DNA of 64,000 bases from an uncultured virus (IMG/VR IMGVR_UViG_3300030061_001171) (IMGVR_UViG_3300030061_001171); one strand, 5' to 3'. Shown: positions 33,916 through 43,945, counted from the first letter of the stretch. Notes: a model not told the origin generated them from the sequence alone. Made by a program: numbers and translations.

Positions 33916-34477
33916 GGATCTTGATCCATACAACGACGATGACTTTATCTCTTGTATTATGATTGTTATTCGCACCATTAGGCGTAACGGTAGATGGCAT
34001 AATTGGCATGAAGATGAACTTCTTAGTGCCGCTTATACACATGCTCTTAGAATTAGAGAGAGGTGGTCAGAGGACAAGGGTAGGTTTATGAAATACCTTT
34101 TTGCTTCTTTACCATTTAGAATCTCTGATGAGATGCGGTATCAATCAGGACACAAAAGAAATCCTAACTACCTTACACCCGGTGAACCTCGCTTCTTTAG
34201 TAAAGAACTTCAGCTTGTAAATAAAGAAGATATTAATTATATCGATTCATTAGAGGCTGACCCGATTGAGCCTACTTCAGATTACGATTGGGAAGATAAT
34301 TACGATTGGTTTGCTTTGACTCCGGTCGAAGAAGAATGTGTCCGTTTGCGTATTAGGGGGATTACCCTAAAGCAAACAGGTATTAAACTAGGAGTAAGTG
34401 AGTCAAGAATATGTCAAATTCTTACTAACGTAAGAAAGAAGTGGAAGCACCACAACGAGGAGAACAACGATGAGTAG
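33893..34477 (+). CDS. Sigma-70 family factor-like protein (FliA/WhiG-like regions 2 and 4)
   Basis: Region 4 LTPVEEECVRLRIRGITLKQTGIKLGVSESRICQIL; degenerate region 2 DELLSAAY...WSEDKGRFMKY...ISDEMR; start at MTNQ after AAGGA. Confidence 0.75.
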   Translation: MTNQITSKDLDPYNDDDFISCIMIVIRTIRRNGRWHNWHEDELLSAAYTHALRIRERWSEDKGRFMKYLFASLPFRISDEMRYQSGHKRNPNYLTPGEPRFFSKELQLVNKEDINYIDSLEADPIEPTSDYDWEDNYDWFALTPVEEECVRLRIRGITLKQTGIKLGVSESRICQILTNVRKKWKHHNEENNDE

Positions 34478-35132
34478 AGTATTAGTTATTGGTGACCTTC
34501 ATGCTCCTGCTGTACATGAAGATTACTTTGAATTTATTAGATCAATACGCCGTAAACATCGTACAGATCAAACAGTTTTTATTGGTGACGTTATTGATCA
34601 CCATGTTATTTCGTATCATAAGGCTAACCCCGAATCTCCTGATGCAATCAAGGAGTACGAGCTTGCCTTTGAGACTGTTAAGAAGTGGTACAAGGCGTTC
34701 CCTAATGCCTACGTGACTATCGGTAACCATGACAATCGTGTGCATAGGCTGGCTGCGGATGCCGGTATCCCCGCTATGTATCTTAAAGAATACAAAGAAT
34801 TATATAAGACAAAGAACTGGGAGTGGGTACATAATGTTGAGTTGGATGGGGTTTATTACTATCATGGCACCGGTGCTGCTTCTGCTTACCCGGCATTTAA
34901 TGCAGCTAGAACACGCAATCAATCAGTCGTTATGGGTCACCACCACACAAAGGCGGCTATTAACTGGCTCAGTGGGCCTAATAATCATCGTATTTTTGGC
35001 ATGTCTGTTGGCTGTGGAGTAGATAATACCCACTTGTCTATGCTATATTCTGAACATTATTTGGTAAAACCTATGCTTTCATGTGGGGTAGTTCACAACG
35101 GACACCCGATACTAGAAGTAATGCCGGTGTAA
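34470..35132 (+). CDS. Calcineurin-like metallophosphoesterase
   Basis: GDLH, GDVID, GNHD, HG, GHHH motifs in order. Confidence 0.92.
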   Translation: MSRVLVIGDLHAPAVHEDYFEFIRSIRRKHRTDQTVFIGDVIDHHVISYHKANPESPDAIKEYELAFETVKKWYKAFPNAYVTIGNHDNRVHRLAADAGIPAMYLKEYKELYKTKNWEWVHNVELDGVYYYHGTGAASAYPAFNAARTRNQSVVMGHHHTKAAINWLSGPNNHRIFGMSVGCGVDNTHLSMLYSEHYLVKPMLSCGVVHNGHPILEVMPV

Positions 35133-35150
35133 AAAACCCATGCTATAACA
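35130..35150 (+). promoter_or_regulatory. Candidate phage RNAP promoter (copy 3)
   Basis: TAAAAAACCCATGCTATAACA, upstream of the SSB/replication block. Confidence 0.65.
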
Positions 35151-35182
35151 AACTACGGTTAGTCCGTAGGGAAAGGAGAACA

Positions 35183-35395
35183 ATGTCAGAAGAAACTATG
35201 ACAACTGAAGAGATGAATACAACTGAAGAAACTGAAACTATGGGGCAGCCCGTAGGAGTGCAGGCAATGGTAGTTGTTAAGTACCTTGAAGAAATCTATG
35301 GTGCAATTACTATGCTTGCTACTAACATTAACGCTCAAACTAAGCAACTTAAAGAACTCATTGAGAACCACGAAAAGGAACCTAACAATGGCTGA
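35183..35395 (+). CDS. Small hypothetical protein (70 aa)
   Basis: SD GAAAGGAG before ATG 35183 (MSEETMTTEE). Confidence 0.7.
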   Translation: MSEETMTTEEMNTTEETETMGQPVGVQAMVVVKYLEEIYGAITMLATNINAQTKQLKELIENHEKEPNNG

Positions 35396-35921
35396 TCGAA
35401 TTACTGCATCCCTCAAGACTGATGACCTCACTGTCAAGTACTCTCATGTCTCTAAGCCTGATACTAAGTATAACGCTGAAGGAGAATATAAGGTTACTGT
35501 TGAACACGACGAAGAACTTGAAGCTACTCTTCAGGAGTATGCAACCAAGTGGAAGGTTGACCAGCCTTTTGTCAAGACTGGCAAGGATGGATCACAATTC
35601 ATTACTTTCAAATCTAAGTATCAACCCAAGATGTTCACCACCGAAGGTGTCGAAGCGCGTACTCCGGGCTTCTGTTGGAAGGGCGATACAGTAAACATCA
35701 ACTCCGTTATCTATCCCGTAGAGGTTATGGGTAAGACCTATCTTAGCCTCAAGTTCAATGCGGTTCTGCTTAAGGAAGTAGCTACTGACAGCGGCTCCTC
35801 ATCTAACTCTAACCCGTTTGGTACAGGCAATGCCGTTAGTTCCTCAGAGGTTGACACCTCCGATGGTGAGCAGCCCGATGAACCAACGACTGTCGTTACC
35901 GACGAAGTGCCGTTCGGTTAA
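35388..35921 (+). CDS. Single-stranded DNA-binding protein (T7 gp2.5-like)
   Basis: YSHVSKPDTKYNAEGEYKV, FKSKYQPK, acidic tail ending DEVPFG; start at MADRIT after AAGGA. Confidence 0.85.
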   Translation: MADRITASLKTDDLTVKYSHVSKPDTKYNAEGEYKVTVEHDEELEATLQEYATKWKVDQPFVKTGKDGSQFITFKSKYQPKMFTTEGVEARTPGFCWKGDTVNINSVIYPVEVMGKTYLSLKFNAVLLKEVATDSGSSSNSNPFGTGNAVSSSEVDTSDGEQPDEPTTVVTDEVPFG

Positions 35922-35930
35922 GGAGGACGT

Positions 35931-36311
35931 ATGAAGTGGCGATTTGATATTAACCCAGTCGCTGCTAGCCGTCCGAGAGTGTCTAAATACGGACACGCAT
36001 ACTTTACTGGACCCTACAAAGAGTTTAGAAAAAGCATGGCACAATTAGCCGAAGCGGTTCTTGGAGAGCATATGCCTTTCCAAGGGCCGCTTTCGGTTGT
36101 GCTGGACATCTATGTAACGAAACCTAAGACAACTAAGCTACGGTCACCTAGAGGGGACGTAGATAACTATGCTAAGGCTTGCCTTGACGCATTGAATACT
36201 TTGATGTGGGAAGATGACAAACAAATAGAACACTTATGTATTAGTAAACGTTGGACTGATGGTCCTGAACAAGACGGCTGGTTTGATATTGAGGTAATAA
36301 AAAATGATTGA
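35931..36311 (+). CDS. rusA: RusA-family Holliday junction resolvase
   Basis: PVAASRPR, GDVDNYAKACLDALN..WEDDKQI. Confidence 0.9.
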   Translation: MKWRFDINPVAASRPRVSKYGHAYFTGPYKEFRKSMAQLAEAVLGEHMPFQGPLSVVLDIYVTKPKTTKLRSPRGDVDNYAKACLDALNTLMWEDDKQIEHLCISKRWTDGPEQDGWFDIEVIKND

Positions 36312-36456
36312 TGTATTTAAAAAGACTCTTATTGAGTTAATCCTTGACGCAAAAAAAGTTACATCTAAAAACGATGAGGTTGGTTTCCGTTGGGAAATTA
36401 ACTTGACTGATGAACGAATGGAAAGCATTGCTAAGGAAATTAATTCTGATGATTAA
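36304..36456 (+). CDS. Small hypothetical protein (50 aa)
   Basis: SD GAGGT; fills the gap between rusA and primase. Confidence 0.5.
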   Translation: MIDVFKKTLIELILDAKKVTSKNDEVGFRWEINLTDERMESIAKEINSDD

Positions 36457-38221
36457 AGAAGAAAGTTATATGGTTGACCGAGAGCAGTGTCCCAAGTGTG
36501 CTGCTGATGGTCATGACAGATCAGGTGACAATATGGTTGTCTACTCTGACGGTCACAAGTATTGTTTTAGATGTGAGACGTATGTCCACGGAAACTTTGA
36601 CACCCCTAAGGAAACTATTACTATGACAACAACTGACTTTACTAAGTACTCTGGCTCTTGCGTTGACATTCAGGATAGAAAGGTTGATCACAAGACTTGT
36701 CGTAAGTATAACTATCAAGTTGCAAACATTGGCGGCAAAGAAGTACACATCTCTAATTACTATCGTAATGGCGAGGTAGTCGCTCAACATTTGCGTGGAC
36801 CTGACAAGCAGTTCAAGTGGACAGGTACGCCCAGAGGGTGTGAGTTGTACGGCCAGCATCTGTTCAAGTCTACTGGTGGCAAGAAGCTGGTAATTACTGA
36901 GGGCGAGATTGATTGCCTGACTGTGAGTCAGTTGCTTGGTACGTGGCCTGTTGTCAGCTTGCCTAACGGCGCAACGTCAGCAGTCAAGAGTGTCAAAGAG
37001 AACTTGGAGTTTATTAATTCCTATGAAGAAGTTGTTCTCATGTTTGACATGGATGAACCCGGCAAGGAAGCAGCCCGTAAGGTGGCTGAGATCCTGCCTC
37101 CGGGCCGCGCTAAGATTGCTGCCCTGCCATACAAGGATGCAAACGAATGCGTTCTCAAGGGTAACTCCAAGGCTGTGGTGACTGCCTTCTGGGAAGCTCA
37201 GGCATATAGCCCTGACGAGATCCTCCATGTCAGTGACATTCAGGATAGCACTGAAGAGAAAGAAGCAGAAGTGTGGGCTTTCCCGTGGGACAAGATGTCA
37301 GAGTTCTTTATTGGTCAGCGCAGCGGAGAGATTACTCTGTGGACTTCAGGTACTGGCTCAGGTAAGTCAACCATTCTTCGTGAACTTATCCATCATCACT
37401 TGAATGACGGACGATCTGTTGGTGCTATTATGCTTGAAGAGTCGCCAAAAGAAACTATCGATGATATGATTTCGTTGATGCTGAACAAACCAGTTCGTGC
37501 TATTCGTGCATCACGCATGATGAATGACCTCCGGGTCAAGATGGGCAAGCAGCCTATTGATATTAATGTTATTGATGACCTTACTGATGAAGAGTATGCT
37601 AACGCTAAGAAAAATCTGGCTTCGACTAAGTTCTATGTCTATGATCACCTTGGCAACAACGCAATGGCAAACCTCCTTGCTCGTATGGAGTTCATGGCTA
37701 TCTCATTGGGAGTTGAAGTTATTGTTCTTGATCACATCACTGCGGCTGCGGCTGGACTGATGGGGTTCACAGGCAAGGACATTGACGGTGGTAGCAGTGA
37801 GCGCATCATTATCGACACGCTGATGAAGGAACTCAGGTCGCTGTGTGCGCGTACTGGTGTTCACGTTGATATTGTTTCACAACTTAAGAAGACTGACAAA
37901 GCGTACGAAGAAGGAAATAGAATTACGCTTCAAGACCTTAGGGGTTCAGGTGCGTTGTCATCTGTGCCGAATACTGTAGTGGCCCTCGAAAGAAACAGGC
38001 AGGATCCCGATCCCGTGATTAGCAACACAACTATCGTTAGAGTACTAAAGAACAGACTTACGGGTCGCTGTGGAGTTGCATCCGCTCTCTACTACGACCA
38101 CACGACATCCAGATTGCTTGAGAAGGACTTTGCATTTGGAGATAATGGTGAAGTAATGTTTGATGAATCAGCCGAAGCCAACCCGTTTGGTGAAGGAACG
38201 TCCATTCAGGAGGATAAGTGA
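36449..38221 (+). CDS. Primase-helicase (T7 gp4-like)
   Basis: Zn finger CPKC...YCFRC, TOPRIM ITEGEIDCL and FDMDEPG, Walker A SGTGSGKS, LDHIT, DLRGSG, LKNR; start 36410 or 36449. Confidence 0.96.
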   Translation: MIKEESYMVDREQCPKCAADGHDRSGDNMVVYSDGHKYCFRCETYVHGNFDTPKETITMTTTDFTKYSGSCVDIQDRKVDHKTCRKYNYQVANIGGKEVHISNYYRNGEVVAQHLRGPDKQFKWTGTPRGCELYGQHLFKSTGGKKLVITEGEIDCLTVSQLLGTWPVVSLPNGATSAVKSVKENLEFINSYEEVVLMFDMDEPGKEAARKVAEILPPGRAKIAALPYKDANECVLKGNSKAVVTAFWEAQAYSPDEILHVSDIQDSTEEKEAEVWAFPWDKMSEFFIGQRSGEITLWTSGTGSGKSTILRELIHHHLNDGRSVGAIMLEESPKETIDDMISLMLNKPVRAIRASRMMNDLRVKMGKQPIDINVIDDLTDEEYANAKKNLASTKFYVYDHLGNNAMANLLARMEFMAISLGVEVIVLDHITAAAAGLMGFTGKDIDGGSSERIIIDTLMKELRSLCARTGVHVDIVSQLKKTDKAYEEGNRITLQDLRGSGALSSVPNTVVALERNRQDPDPVISNTTIVRVLKNRLTGRCGVASALYYDHTTSRLLEKDFAFGDNGEVMFDESAEANPFGEGTSIQEDK

Positions 38222-38222
38222 C

Positions 38223-39935
38223 TTGGAACTCATCTGGGACATCGAAGCGAACGGTCTCGCGTACACAACAATCAACAAAAAGGGGGAACCAATCCCTGCG
38301 GCTACCAGAGTTTGGTGCATCGTGGCAAGAGAGGCAGGCTCAGAGAGAGTCTACACGTACGGCCCCGGAGACATCGAGCGGGGTATTGAACTCCTTAATC
38401 GCGCTTCTCTGTGGATTGGTCATAATCTTATCGGGTACGACATCCCCGTTCTTTCTAGATTTGGCCTTACTCGTAGCTGCCCTGTTCTTGATACTCTCGT
38501 TGTTTCTCGACTGATGTATCCTGACAAGAAAGATGTAAAGTTTCCTCTTCATAATAAGAAGGGGATTCATTCACATTCTTTGGAAGCATGGGGTCGGAAG
38601 CTTGGAGAAGACAAGCAGGACTACGAAGGTGGCTGGGAAGCATACTCCGAAGAGATGCTTGACTACTGTGTACAAGACGTAGAAGTTAATAATAAAATTT
38701 ATGATTACCAAAAGCCTTGGGTTGAAGAGAATAGAAAAGTTGTTCAGTTCGAGCATCTTGTTGGTCACGTATGTGCTGACATGACGAAGCAAGGCTTTGG
38801 TTTTGATATAGAAGGCGGTACTAGACTTCAGTACGAGCTTCTTGGTGAGAAAGCAGAAATCGAGGATAACCTCCAAAAAATTTTTCCCACTATTACAGAA
38901 GAACGTTGGTCAGAAAAGACCGGAAAACAATTGAAGTCTAAGGTTACGGTATTCAATCCCGCATCTACCAAGCAAATTGCTAATAGATTTAATCAGAAGT
39001 ATAGCTGGAAAGCACCTGTCAGTGAGAAGGGTAACCCTAACTGTGATACTAAAGTATTAAAGAGTCTTAAGTTTCCAGAAGCTAAAGAAATTCTTCGCTA
39101 CAGAGATATCCAAAAGCTTCTTGGTATGGTAGAGGATTGGATTGTCCGTGCTGATTCGTCAAATGACAAACGTATTCACGGTAACTTCAATCATCAAGGC
39201 GCGGCTACGGGTCGAGCCACTCACTCGCAGCCGAACGTTGCTCAGGTAGATAAGAACCCTAGATCAAGAGGGCTTTGGAAACCACACGACGGTCACGTAC
39301 AAGTAGGCTCTGACCTTAGCGGTCTTGAGTTGCGTATGCTTGCACATCAAATGGCTGAGTACGATGGTGGTGAGTACGCTAAAGAAATTCTTGAAGGTGA
39401 TATCCATACTACCAACATGAATGCCGCAGGCTTGAGTGATAGGGACCAAGCAAAAACATTTATTTACGGCTTCCTATATGGTGCCGGATCTGAAAAGATT
39501 GGTCAGATTGTTGGTGGTAACGCCCGTGATGGTCAACAACTTAAAGATAAATTCCTAAGGCGATTGCCTGCACTTAAGAAAGTAATTAACAATGTCCAAT
39601 TTCAGTCAGCGAAGCATGGTTCTGTTATATTGTTGGATGGTCGGCGTGTTCCTGTTAGAAGTGATCATGCTGCTCTTAACACACTGCTACAGGGAAATGG
39701 TGCAGTTATTTCTAAACTCTGGCTCGTACTGGCCCACAAGTATCTTTCCTCCGAGGGGGTAAAGTTTATGGGCTGGATCCACGATGAGATACAAGTGTCT
39801 TGTAAAAAAGATATTGCTAATCGTGTTGGCTTGACTTTGGTTAAAGCTGCTAAAGAAGCAGGAGAAAGATTTAAAGTTAGAATGCCAATAGATGCTGAAT
39901 ACGTTATTGGAGAATCATGGGCAGATACGCATTAA
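38223..39935 (+). CDS. DNA polymerase, family A (T7 gp5-like)
   Basis: ExoI DIEANG, motif A DLSGLELRMLAH, motif B RDQAKTFIYGFLYGAG, motif C IHDE; TTG start after AGGAGG. Confidence 0.97.
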   Translation: MELIWDIEANGLAYTTINKKGEPIPAATRVWCIVAREAGSERVYTYGPGDIERGIELLNRASLWIGHNLIGYDIPVLSRFGLTRSCPVLDTLVVSRLMYPDKKDVKFPLHNKKGIHSHSLEAWGRKLGEDKQDYEGGWEAYSEEMLDYCVQDVEVNNKIYDYQKPWVEENRKVVQFEHLVGHVCADMTKQGFGFDIEGGTRLQYELLGEKAEIEDNLQKIFPTITEERWSEKTGKQLKSKVTVFNPASTKQIANRFNQKYSWKAPVSEKGNPNCDTKVLKSLKFPEAKEILRYRDIQKLLGMVEDWIVRADSSNDKRIHGNFNHQGAATGRATHSQPNVAQVDKNPRSRGLWKPHDGHVQVGSDLSGLELRMLAHQMAEYDGGEYAKEILEGDIHTTNMNAAGLSDRDQAKTFIYGFLYGAGSEKIGQIVGGNARDGQQLKDKFLRRLPALKKVINNVQFQSAKHGSVILLDGRRVPVRSDHAALNTLLQGNGAVISKLWLVLAHKYLSSEGVKFMGWIHDEIQVSCKKDIANRVGLTLVKAAKEAGERFKVRMPIDAEYVIGESWADTH

Positions 39936-40408
39936 AGATATATCTGTATAAACCAGACCATAGTAGGTGGGACCAACGATTAATGTCGTTAGTTTCCAAA
40001 GTATATTGGGGCCACATTGCCTTGTGCATTGGCCCTGCTTTGTATTACTTAGATAAGAAAAAAGGCATGAGGATATGTAAAGAAGAATCCGTACATAAAC
40101 TTATGCAATGGGATGAATGTTTATTCTTAGAAGAGTTAATTATTAATGATCCTAAAGTATTAGAACGTTTGAATAATTCTGAGTACAAACAATCATCTAC
40201 GTTGTACACCACCCTGTGGTGGTATGTAGGAAAGATATTGCGGCTTCCTGTTCCTAAACTATGTTCTACAGAAACGTGCGTAATACTACAAAAACTTAAC
40301 TTTGATATACCTCAATACTTAACAGCAGAAGAAATTAAGGAGTGGTTGTATGAAAATAATTGCATTCGCGGGTCGCGCAGGCGTTGGCAAAACGACAATT
40401 GTTCGTGA
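39917..40408 (+). CDS. Possible permuted papain-like (NlpC/P60, YiiX-type) protein
   Basis: WGHIAL near N-terminus and LCST near C-terminus (His-before-Cys order). Confidence 0.45.
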   Translation: MGRYALKIYLYKPDHSRWDQRLMSLVSKVYWGHIALCIGPALYYLDKKKGMRICKEESVHKLMQWDECLFLEELIINDPKVLERLNNSEYKQSSTLYTTLWWYVGKILRLPVPKLCSTETCVILQKLNFDIPQYLTAEEIKEWLYENNCIRGSRRRWQNDNCS

Positions 40409-41093
40409 ACTTATGAGACTTTTGTATGAGGCTGGGTATTCACCTGCCTATATTCCTTTTGCAAAAGAACTAAAAGAAGAAGCTAAAACATTGGGATATG
40501 ACAAAGAGTCTAACCTAAAAGGATATAGAAAACATTGCCAAGAATTAGGCGCAACTAAAAGAAAAGAAAATCCTGACTACTGGATAGAAAGGTGGGAAGA
40601 ACATGTTGAGAAAGCGATGTCTGAAGAAAACTCAAGTACATCTTCTCATAAAAGAGTTATCCTTGTCGATGACTGTCGATATCTTAACGAGACAGAAAGA
40701 ATTAAAAACAGAGGCGGAAAAGTTATCTTCGTTTCTGGAGGAGATAGAACTCTTGCTGATGATTCAGGGACTTGGAGAACCCACGAATCCGAAGCCTTAG
40801 CTAACTTAACAGATCGTACCCTGCAACACAAGCACGATATGATCTCACCGTTCTGTGAGTACTATTGGAATACTGAGTCGTTAGAAGAACTTGAAGAAGA
40901 TATTAGCTTAATCTTTGAAGAATGGCTGGAAGAGTTTCCGTGTACGTGCGAACTATGTGTAGCGCGTAGGCAAAATAGAAAGGTCGATGCGGACAAAGTT
41001 ATGTACGAGATTAAAGAAATACTGTTATCAGAAGATATAGACATTAATGAGATTTATAAAGATGATTCGACAACCGAAAGTGGCAGCGATTGA
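40350..41093 (+). CDS. Deoxynucleoside monophosphate kinase-like protein
   Basis: IIAFAGRAGVGKTT, FAKELK, QELG..R..NPDYWI, DDCRYLNE, HESE. Confidence 0.85.
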   Translation: MKIIAFAGRAGVGKTTIVRELMRLLYEAGYSPAYIPFAKELKEEAKTLGYDKESNLKGYRKHCQELGATKRKENPDYWIERWEEHVEKAMSEENSSTSSHKRVILVDDCRYLNETERIKNRGGKVIFVSGGDRTLADDSGTWRTHESEALANLTDRTLQHKHDMISPFCEYYWNTESLEELEEDISLIFEEWLEEFPCTCELCVARRQNRKVDADKVMYEIKEILLSEDIDINEIYKDDSTTESGSD

Positions 41094-41763
41094 TGGAGAT
41101 ATTATAGCCTATCGTATAGCCTGTAAGGTTGATATTAATGGTGACAAGTATTTAGTCCAGAACATTCAGGAGTATGTAGCTGAGTGGACTCCTAGTGACG
41201 TAGATCATATCCTATTAACTTTTAGCTGTAACAGGTCCGATAATTTTAGGAAAATATACTGGCCGCAATATAAAGAGCATCGCAATGTGGTTGCTAAACC
41301 TGATTCGATGTCTTATGTTATTGAAGTAATGTCTGGTATTTATGAAAGCCTAAAGAAGGATATCATTGAAGCGGACGATATTATGGGTAAGCTAGCATCT
41401 GCTGGTAAAGCCGTAGCCGTAACAATCGATAAAGATCTTAGAGGAGTACCCGGATGGCACTGGAATCCCGATAAAGAATGGGAGCCTCGGTATATAACCC
41501 AGAGCGAAGCTGACAGGTTCTTCTGTAAGCAGTGGATCATGGGTGATAGTACTGATAAGGTTCCCGGCATCCCTAAGGTAGGTCCGGTCAAAGCGGAGCG
41601 ACTACTCGATACCGTAGAGCCTCATAATAGAGAGCAGTTAATTCTAGCAGAGTATGAAAAGAAGGGGCTATCAGAAGAATATGCCCTCGGTCAAGCTACT
41701 GCAATTCGTATTTTAAGGATTGGCGAAAAGCCCGTTCTTTGGCAACCAAGCTGGTATGTCTAA
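41047..41763 (+). CDS. 5'-3' exonuclease (T7 gp6-like)
   Basis: IDGDIIAY, YKEHR, EADD, IDKDL, GDSTDKVPGIPKVGPVKA; start 41047 or 41062. Confidence 0.94.
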   Translation: MRFIKMIRQPKVAAIDGDIIAYRIACKVDINGDKYLVQNIQEYVAEWTPSDVDHILLTFSCNRSDNFRKIYWPQYKEHRNVVAKPDSMSYVIEVMSGIYESLKKDIIEADDIMGKLASAGKAVAVTIDKDLRGVPGWHWNPDKEWEPRYITQSEADRFFCKQWIMGDSTDKVPGIPKVGPVKAERLLDTVEPHNREQLILAEYEKKGLSEEYALGQATAIRILRIGEKPVLWQPSWYV

Positions 41764-41781
41764 AAAACCCAGCTATTAGCT
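41761..41781 (+). promoter_or_regulatory. Degenerate copy of candidate phage promoter
   Basis: TAAAAAACCCAGCTATTAGCT, intergenic before RNR; one base shorter in the spacer than other copies. Confidence 0.4.
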
Positions 41782-41797
41782 ACAAAAGGAGAAGCAC

Positions 41798-43696
41798 ATG
41801 GATTTTTTTGGTAATTTTATTCACCAGTCTAGGTACGCTAGGTGGGACTCGTCTAAGGAAAGGCGAGAAACTTGGACAGAGACTGTTGATAGATATTGGG
41901 ATTGGATGGTAGGAAAGTTTCCTATCTTAGGACAGAGGCCCGACATTAGGGAAGCTATCCTAAATAAGAATATTATGCCTAGTATGAGAGCAATGATGAC
42001 AGCAGGCGAGGCAGCAGACAGGGACAATACGTGTACCTACAACTGCTCATACCTGTGTCTTAATGGTCCTCAGGAGATGGCAGAATTAACTTATATTCTT
42101 ATGAATGGCACTGGCGTAGGATTTTCTGTAGAAGAAACCGTAGCCGCTAAGTGGCCTGATATCCCTTATGAAATTATCCGTGATGAGAATGTTAAAATTG
42201 AGGTAGGAGATTCAAAAGAAGGTTGGGCAGATTCAGTTAAAGAATTGCTTGACTATCTTCTTGACGGAGTTCATCCCACTTGGGATGTCTCTCAAGTCCG
42301 TGCCTCAGGAGAAAGATTGAAGATCTTCGGGGGCAGGGCCAGCGGCCCTCAACCATTAGAAGATGTATTCAGGTTTATTACTAATCTGTTCTACAATAAA
42401 CGTGGCACACGGCTCCGCCCCGTTGATCTTCATGATATGGCTTGTTCTATTGGTAATGCTATTGTTGTTGGAGGAGTACGCAGGTCAGCGATGATCTCAT
42501 TGAGCGACCTCTCTGACATTGAGATGGCTAAGTGCAAGTCAGGTAACTGGTGGGACACCAATGGACAGAGAGCCTTGGCTAACAACTCTGCTGTGTATAA
42601 CCACAAGCCCAGCATGACTGAGTTCCTTGTCGAGTGGGCCAACCTCTATGAGTCCCGATCTGGAGAGCGAGGTATCTTTAATCGATACGGAGCTAAGAAG
42701 GTAATAGAGGAAACTGGTATGCGTAACTTTGGTCATTCATTTGGTACTAACCCATGCGGTGAGATTACCCTGCGTCATAAGCAGTTCTGTAATCTTACTG
42801 AAGTTGTTATCAGAGAGAAAGATGCCACCCCTGATATTGAATTAAAGATTGAGCAGGCTACCATCCTTGGCACCTGTCAGTCAGCCCTTACGTATCTCCC
42901 TTACTTGTCTAAGGAATGGGAAAATAACAGCAAAGAAGAAAGACTTCTTGGTGTATCGTTGACGGGTATCTGGGATAACCCTCATACTTATGGAAAGATT
43001 TCCCTTGGTATTCTTAGCGGTAGACTTAAGCGATGGAAGGCATTGGCTCACGAAACCAATGCTGCATGGGCAGAGCGAATTGGAATTAATCCTTCTGCCG
43101 CAATCACCACCGTCAAGCCATCAGGCACTGTGAGTTGTCTTGTAGACAGCGCATCAGGTATCCACCCAAGGTACGCTCGGTATTACATCAGGCGTGTCAG
43201 GATGGACAAGAAGGATCCTCTGTCGAAGCTCATGGTTGATCAGGGTGTACCCAACGAACCGTGCGCTCTCAACCCGGACTCCACTATCATCTTCTCCTTC
43301 CCAATCGGCGCACCGGAATCTGCTGTCACTCGGACGGATGTCTCGGCAATGCGTCACTTGGAACTCTGGATGGTGTACAAGAAGCACTGGACAGATCACA
43401 ATCCCTCCGTTACCATCGAGTATTCTGATGACGAGTTCATGGAGATCGGTGACTGGGTGTACAAAAACTTTGATGATATTCAGGGAATCTCATTCCTTCC
43501 CCGATCAGAACATGTCTACAAGCAAGCTCCCTTTGAGCCAGTAGATGAAGTTTCTTACTTAGTGGCTTGTGATAAAATGCCTATTCTTAAATGGGATAAG
43601 CTTTCCGAATACGAAAAAGAAGACAATACAAAATCTAGTCAAACCTTTGCTTGTGTAGGCGGTCAATGTGAGATCGTAGATACGGTAGAGAATTAG
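41798..43696 (+). CDS. nrdJ: Class II (adenosylcobalamin-dependent) ribonucleotide reductase
   Basis: YNCS, GTGVGFSVE, VGGVRRSA, GTNPCGEI, TTVKPSGTVS, C-terminal ACVGGQCE; no small-subunit gene adjacent. Confidence 0.93.
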   Translation: MDFFGNFIHQSRYARWDSSKERRETWTETVDRYWDWMVGKFPILGQRPDIREAILNKNIMPSMRAMMTAGEAADRDNTCTYNCSYLCLNGPQEMAELTYILMNGTGVGFSVEETVAAKWPDIPYEIIRDENVKIEVGDSKEGWADSVKELLDYLLDGVHPTWDVSQVRASGERLKIFGGRASGPQPLEDVFRFITNLFYNKRGTRLRPVDLHDMACSIGNAIVVGGVRRSAMISLSDLSDIEMAKCKSGNWWDTNGQRALANNSAVYNHKPSMTEFLVEWANLYESRSGERGIFNRYGAKKVIEETGMRNFGHSFGTNPCGEITLRHKQFCNLTEVVIREKDATPDIELKIEQATILGTCQSALTYLPYLSKEWENNSKEERLLGVSLTGIWDNPHTYGKISLGILSGRLKRWKALAHETNAAWAERIGINPSAAITTVKPSGTVSCLVDSASGIHPRYARYYIRRVRMDKKDPLSKLMVDQGVPNEPCALNPDSTIIFSFPIGAPESAVTRTDVSAMRHLELWMVYKKHWTDHNPSVTIEYSDDEFMEIGDWVYKNFDDIQGISFLPRSEHVYKQAPFEPVDEVSYLVACDKMPILKWDKLSEYEKEDNTKSSQTFACVGGQCEIVDTVEN

Positions 43697-43705
43697 GAGA
43701 ACACT

Positions 43706-43945
43706 ATGCACAATATTGATCAAGTAATCAGGAGATTACGTCTAAGTGGATCTGGAACGCCTCCTTCAACGGGAGAAATTCGTAGTCTTTTTATTCACTT
43801 ACTTAAAAAAGTGGAGGAGTTAGAACATGAAGTTTCCTTATGTAGATCCAAAACTTGTGGAACAACTGGAGAAGCTGTACCCTCCCTTGAACCCAAGCTT
43901 AGAGGACGTAAAGGATCCTCACCTAAGTCTGAGTCTAGCTCATAG
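43706..43945 (+). CDS. Small hypothetical protein
   Basis: SD AGGAG; C-terminal half overlaps next gene. Confidence 0.55.
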   Translation: MHNIDQVIRRLRLSGSGTPPSTGEIRSLFIHLLKKVEELEHEVSLCRSKTCGTTGEAVPSLEPKLRGRKGSSPKSESSS

